Shown here: positions 59,908-64,000 of the stretch, in pieces
How the letters are laid out: the number at the start of each line of letters is the position of its first letter
Numbering within the stretch: the stretch's first letter is position 1
From: Akkermansia sp.
GTDB taxonomy: Bacteria; Verrucomicrobiota; Verrucomicrobiia; Verrucomicrobiales; Akkermansiaceae
Assembly (NCBI GenBank): GCA_048388685.1
Contig: DBGCTZ010000022.1
Location: forward strand, 21,382-85,381
Length of the DNA stretch: 64,000 bases
Reading direction: 5' to 3'
Notes under the pieces: generated by a model
Told to the model about the DNA's origin: nothing
Databases searched by the model: none
Seen by the model: the letters and a program-made list of their open reading frames with translations, nothing else
Translations under genes and position numbers: made by a program

Positions 59908-61022
59908 ATCCTCAACGTGTGCTCATGGTATTCACCATTATGAACCGCGGCGGCGCGGAAACGATGGTGATGAATTATTACCGCCATATCAACCGCGGCA
60001 GGCTCCAGTTTGACTTTCTGGTGCACCGGGAAACTCCCGGCATTTATGAAGAGGAAATCCGGAACCTGGGCGGCAGGATCTACAGGCTGCCTCCCATCAC
60101 CCTGTCCGGCCTGGCGGAATACCGCAGGAAGGTGGCGGAGTTTTTTGACGCGCACCCGGAATACAGGCTGGTGCACGGACATTGTTCCGAGCTGGGCTAC
60201 TGGGTGTACCGGGAAGCGGCGGCGCGGAAGCTCCCGTTCATTGCGGCGCACGCCCACAGCTCCCCGCTGGGGGTGGACCGGAACTCCCTCCAGCGTTTCC
60301 TGTTGAAGCATCTCATGCGCCCGTACCTGACGCACCGTTTCACGTGCAATGAATTGTGCGGACGCTGGCTGTTCGGGCGGCGGGGCGTGCGGGATGCCAT
60401 CGTGGTGAGGAACGCCATTGATGCGGAAAAATTCAGGTACTCCCCGGAAATCCGGGAACAGGTGAGGAAGGAAATGGGATGGGAAGGAAAACTGGTGGTG
60501 GGCCATACCGGGAATTTCTCCTGGCCCAAGAATCATGAATTCCTGCTGCGCGTGTTCCGCGCCCTGCTGGCGGCGCGTCCGGACTCCCTGCTGGTGCTGG
60601 TGGGCAGCGGCGGGGAAGGGGAGGAGAAGATACGGCAGGAAGCGCAGAAGCCGGAATGGGAAGGGAAAATCCGCCTGCTGGGGGGCAGGGATGACGTGGC
60701 CGCCCTGCTGCAGGGGATGGACGTGTTTGCGTTCCCCTCCTGGTTTGAGGGCTTCGGCATCGCCATGCTGGAGGCGCAGGCGGCGGGTCTGCCCGTGGTG
60801 GCATCCGACCGGGTGCCGGAGGACGGCGCCGTGGTTCCGGATCATGTGAACTTTCTTTCTCTCAGGGAATCCCCCGATGCATGGGCGGAAAAAATACGGG
60901 TGGTAACGGATGGATGGCAGCGCACGGACGCTTCCGCCGCCGTTCGGGAGGCCGGGCTGGACATCGTCCATAACGCGGAAAAGCTTCAGGAAATTTATCT
61001 GGAACAGGGAGGTGACGCATGA
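59904..61022 (+). CDS. GT4 glycosyltransferase (EpsF-like)
   Basis: RVLMVFTIMNRGGAETMVMNYYR..QFDF, HAHS, KNHEFL and PSWFEGFG..LEAQAAGLP motifs. Confidence 0.9.
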   Translation: MNPQRVLMVFTIMNRGGAETMVMNYYRHINRGRLQFDFLVHRETPGIYEEEIRNLGGRIYRLPPITLSGLAEYRRKVAEFFDAHPEYRLVHGHCSELGYWVYREAAARKLPFIAAHAHSSPLGVDRNSLQRFLLKHLMRPYLTHRFTCNELCGRWLFGRRGVRDAIVVRNAIDAEKFRYSPEIREQVRKEMGWEGKLVVGHTGNFSWPKNHEFLLRVFRALLAARPDSLLVLVGSGGEGEEKIRQEAQKPEWEGKIRLLGGRDDVAALLQGMDVFAFPSWFEGFGIAMLEAQAAGLPVVASDRVPEDGAVVPDHVNFLSLRESPDAWAEKIRVVTDGWQRTDASAAVREAGLDIVHNAEKLQEIYLEQGGDA

Positions 61023-61921
61023 AGCCGCTGCTGACTGTTTTTACCCCCGCCTTCAACCGTGCGGACTGCCTGCGCGATTGTTATGAAAGCCTGCGGAAAC
61101 AGACCTGCCGTGATTTCATCTGGCTGGTGGTGGACGACGGTTCCTCCGACGGGACCGGAGACCTGGTGAAGGAATGGATGCAGGCCGGAGAGCTGGAAAT
61201 ACGGTACCATTACCAGAAAAACGGAGGCATGCACACCGCTCATAATGCCGCTTATGAACTGGTGGATACGGAACTGAACGTGTGCCTGGATTCCGATGAC
61301 CGGATGCCGGAGGACGCTGTGGCTTCCATCCTGGAGTTCTGGGAACGTCATGGAAATGACCGGGTGGCCGGAATGGCCGGGCTGGACGCGGACGTGAATA
61401 CGGGGGAACTGATAGGAACTCCGTTTCAAGAGGATGGCGGCGAGACGACGTTGACCGGATTCTATGCGGCGGGAGGGTGCGGGGACAAGAAGCTGGTGTA
61501 CAGGACGGCGCTGATGAAAGAGCTGCCGCCCTATCCCGTCTTTCCCGGTGAAAAATATGTGGGACTGGGTTACAAGTACATGCTGGCGGACCGGATTGCC
61601 CCGCTGCTGGCCATGAACAAGGTGCTCTGCCTGGTGGAATACCGGGAAGACGGCTCTTCCAGAAACATGTTCCGGCAGTACGTGCTGAATCCACGGGGCT
61701 TCGCCTTTCTGAGGAAGCAGGGCATGCAGTATCAGCCCGCGCGGCGCAGGCGCTTCATGGAAGCGGTGCATTACGTGTCCGCCTCCCTGCTGGCCCGGAA
61801 TCCCCGTTTTCTGCGGGAATCCCCCCGGCTTTTTCTGACGCTGGCTGCCGTTCCGTTCGGCGTGGCGCTGATGGGCCTGATTCTCTGGAAGAACAGGAAC
61901 GGGAAGGGGGCCGGAAAATGA
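61019..61921 (+). CDS. GT2 glycosyltransferase
   Basis: TVFTPAFNRA, VDDGSSD, NGGMHTAHN and CLDSDD motifs. Confidence 0.9.
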   Translation: MKPLLTVFTPAFNRADCLRDCYESLRKQTCRDFIWLVVDDGSSDGTGDLVKEWMQAGELEIRYHYQKNGGMHTAHNAAYELVDTELNVCLDSDDRMPEDAVASILEFWERHGNDRVAGMAGLDADVNTGELIGTPFQEDGGETTLTGFYAAGGCGDKKLVYRTALMKELPPYPVFPGEKYVGLGYKYMLADRIAPLLAMNKVLCLVEYREDGSSRNMFRQYVLNPRGFAFLRKQGMQYQPARRRRFMEAVHYVSASLLARNPRFLRESPRLFLTLAAVPFGVALMGLILWKNRNGKGAGK

Positions 61922-63078
61922 AGATTGCCTATGTGCTGGATGATCTGGACGCGGCGGGCGGCATTCAGGCCGTGACGCGCGCCAAGGCCGCGGCGCTGGC
62001 CGCCATTCCCGGCAATGAAGTGGTGCTGGTCACGGCCAATGATTCCCGTGAAACCGTCTCTTCCCTGCCCGGCGGGGTAAAAGTGGTTCATCTGGGCGTG
62101 AATTATTATGAGGACGACTGGAAGGGGTTCCTCTACGTCCTGAAGGGGATTCTGGTCAGGCGCAGGAAGCATGCGAAGGCCCTCCGGAACGTGCTTGATG
62201 AGCTGGAACCGGACATTGTCATTTCCGTGGGGCAGTCGGAAAAATTCATGATTCCGCGGCTTTCCCGCGGCAGGCCGTGGAAAACGGTGCGCGAGTTCCA
62301 TTACTCTGGAACGTACCGGAAGGATTATGCCCGTCTTCAGGGTGGCCTTCGCTCCCGGCTGGTCGCCGCCATTTCCGACTTTTATGAGTTCGGTCTTGGC
62401 AAGGGGAACTATGACGCCACGGTGGTGCTGACCCGGCAGGACCGGGAGGAAAACTGGCGGGGAAGGAAGGGCGTGCATGTCATCCCGAACCCGTGCATTC
62501 TGCGTCCGGAACGGGCTTCTTCCCTGGATGGCCCCCGTGCGGTGGCCGTGGGAAGGCTGGTTCCCGTGAAGGGATTTCATCTTCTGATTCAGGCCTGGGA
62601 AAAAGTGGCTTCCGTTCATCCGGAATGGGAGCTGGAAATCTGGGGCGATGGACCGGAACGCGATGCCCTGGAACGGCTGGTCCGGGAAAAGGGGCTGGAA
62701 GACCATGTTTTCCTGCGCGGCGTAACGGATGATGTGCGGGGCAAATTGCTGCAATCCTCCATGCTCGTCTTTTCCTCCCTGTTTGAAGGATTCGGCATGG
62801 TGCTGGTGGAGGCCATGGCGTGCGGCGTGCCGTGCGTGTCCTTCGCATGCCCGTGCGGCCCGCGCGACGTGATTTCTCCGGAGGAGGACGGTCTGCTGGT
62901 TCCCCCCGGAGATACGGAACAACTCGCCGGGTCCATCATCCGGCTGATGGACCAGCCGGAACTGAGGCGCACGATGGGAGCCGCCGCCCGCAGGAAAGCG
63001 GCCCGGTACACGCTGGACGCCATTGCCGCAGAATGGATGAACCTGTTCCGTGAACTAACCTCTTCTCAACAACGTTAA
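61918..63078 (+). CDS. GT4 glycosyltransferase (AmsD-like, paralogue of 57755-58870)
   Basis: VIPNP, VGRLVPVKG and SSLFEGFGMVLVEAMACGVPCVSFACPCGP motifs. Confidence 0.9.
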   Translation: MKIAYVLDDLDAAGGIQAVTRAKAAALAAIPGNEVVLVTANDSRETVSSLPGGVKVVHLGVNYYEDDWKGFLYVLKGILVRRRKHAKALRNVLDELEPDIVISVGQSEKFMIPRLSRGRPWKTVREFHYSGTYRKDYARLQGGLRSRLVAAISDFYEFGLGKGNYDATVVLTRQDREENWRGRKGVHVIPNPCILRPERASSLDGPRAVAVGRLVPVKGFHLLIQAWEKVASVHPEWELEIWGDGPERDALERLVREKGLEDHVFLRGVTDDVRGKLLQSSMLVFSSLFEGFGMVLVEAMACGVPCVSFACPCGPRDVISPEEDGLLVPPGDTEQLAGSIIRLMDQPELRRTMGAAARRKAARYTLDAIAAEWMNLFRELTSSQQR

Positions 63079-63091
63079 CCTTTTGAACATC

Positions 63092-64000
63092 ATGCCCCTC
63101 GTTTCCATTATCATTCCCTGCTACAACGTGGCCGGATTCATGAAAAAATGCCTGGATACCGTCTGCGCCCAGACGCTCCGGGAGATAGAAATCATCTGCA
63201 TCAATGACGGCTCCAGAGACGGGACGCTGGACATCCTGCGGGAATATGAAGCCGCGGATGACAGGTTCACCATTATTGACCAGCCCAATGCGGGCGTGGC
63301 GGCGGCGCGGAATGCCGGGCTGGATGCGGCGTCCGGAACGTACATCGGCTTTGCGGACCCGGATGACTACGTCTCCCCCGTCATGTTCCAGCGGCTTTAT
63401 CTGGCGGCGGAACAGTACGGTGCTGACCTGGTCTGCATGGGGGCCACCATTGCGGGAGACATGCCCCTTTCCGTGCGGTGGAGCATGCTCAACGGCCTGC
63501 AATGCCCGGAATGGCATTGTGACCATTACGACTTTGCCGCCATGGGTCCGTTCAGCGAACTGTGCTGGGACAAGCTTTACCGGGCGGAATTCCTGAAGAA
63601 GACGGGATTGCGCTTCAGGGCCGGGATGCGGCAGGGCAGCGACGCCCTGTTCAACAACCTGCTTCAGCCTTATGTGCGGAATATCGTGAAGATACCGGAC
63701 TGCCTGTACATCTACCGCCCCACGCGCCCGGACTCCCTGGTGAACGTGTACAAGGCTCCGGACAAGAAAGGTTCCGGATTTTATCCGGCATTGGAGCGTA
63801 TCGACCTGATTGCCGCGGCCTACCGGGAACTGGGCTGTCTGGAAAAAGCCCGGATCACGGTGCTGAACTGGCTGAACGGCAGCATTCAGCTTTTCTCCTC
63901 CAACCTGCTGAACCAGACGGCGGCGGAAAAAAGGGAAGCCCTGGATGCCGTCCGGGCGCTGCTGGACAAGTATGAGTGGCGGGATTTCGTCCAATCCCCG
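63092..64000 (+). CDS. GT2 glycosyltransferase, truncated by the window end
   Basis: Manual translation from ATG 63092: MPLVSIIIPCYNVAGFMKKCLDTVCAQTLREIEIICINDGSRD...FADPDDY...WDKLYR. Absent from the ORF track because it has no stop inside the window. Confidence 0.88.
   Translation, partial: MPLVSIIIPCYNVAGFMKKCLDTVCAQTLREIEIICINDGSRDGTLDILREYEAADDRFTIIDQPNAGVAAARNAGLDAASGTYIGFADPDDYVSPVMFQRLYLAAEQYGADLVCMGATIAGDMPLSVRWSMLNGLQCPEWHCDHYDFAAMGPFSELCWDKLYRAEFLKKTGLRFRAGMRQGSDALFNNLLQPYVRNIVKIPDCLYIYRPTRPDSLVNVYKAPDKKGSGFYPALERIDLIAAAYRELGCLEKARITVLNWLNGSIQLFSSNLLNQTAAEKREALDAVRALLDKYEWRDFVQSP

Noticed and set aside
1..64000. CRISPR array, rRNA, transposase or reverse transcriptase
   Set aside because: No regularly spaced direct repeats or diagnostic motifs seen.

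Overview
GC-rich bacterial DNA whose gene content suggests Akkermansia (Verrucomicrobia); this is an inference, not a database result. The region 1-27.7 kb is mostly core genome: 5' part of mfd, a secreted HExxH peptidase, a NanM-like Kelch/NanT-like MFS fusion plus a stand-alone Kelch protein, histidinol phosphatase, a degenerate Pta homologue, tilS, rpmE2, tRNA-Phe, tRNA-Pro, ugd, mdh, a six-hairpin glycoside hydrolase, a CBM51-bearing metzincin, lptD, a nitroreductase, two pseudouridine synthases and a TPR protein. An AT-rich SEFIR/TIR gene is inserted directly after tRNA-Pro. The region 27.9-38 kb is accessory: isochorismatase and kinase genes, a tandem (A-B)x3 array of unknown secreted paralogues whose third pair is decaying, an amino-acid ABC transporter and AlkC. 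The region 38-64 kb is a very large Wzy-dependent capsule/EPS locus (PglF/E/D/C/A-type start, fused acetyltransferase-aminotransferase, Wza, Wzc, Wzx, pyruvyltransferase, GH88/105-like hydrolase, at least 12 glycosyltransferases) that runs off the window. The most notable signal is a 130-bp segment bounded by perfect 15-bp inverted repeats just upstream of this operon. Inverting it would place TTGACA exactly 17 bp before an external TAACCT, which predicts a split-promoter phase-variation switch captured here in the OFF orientation.
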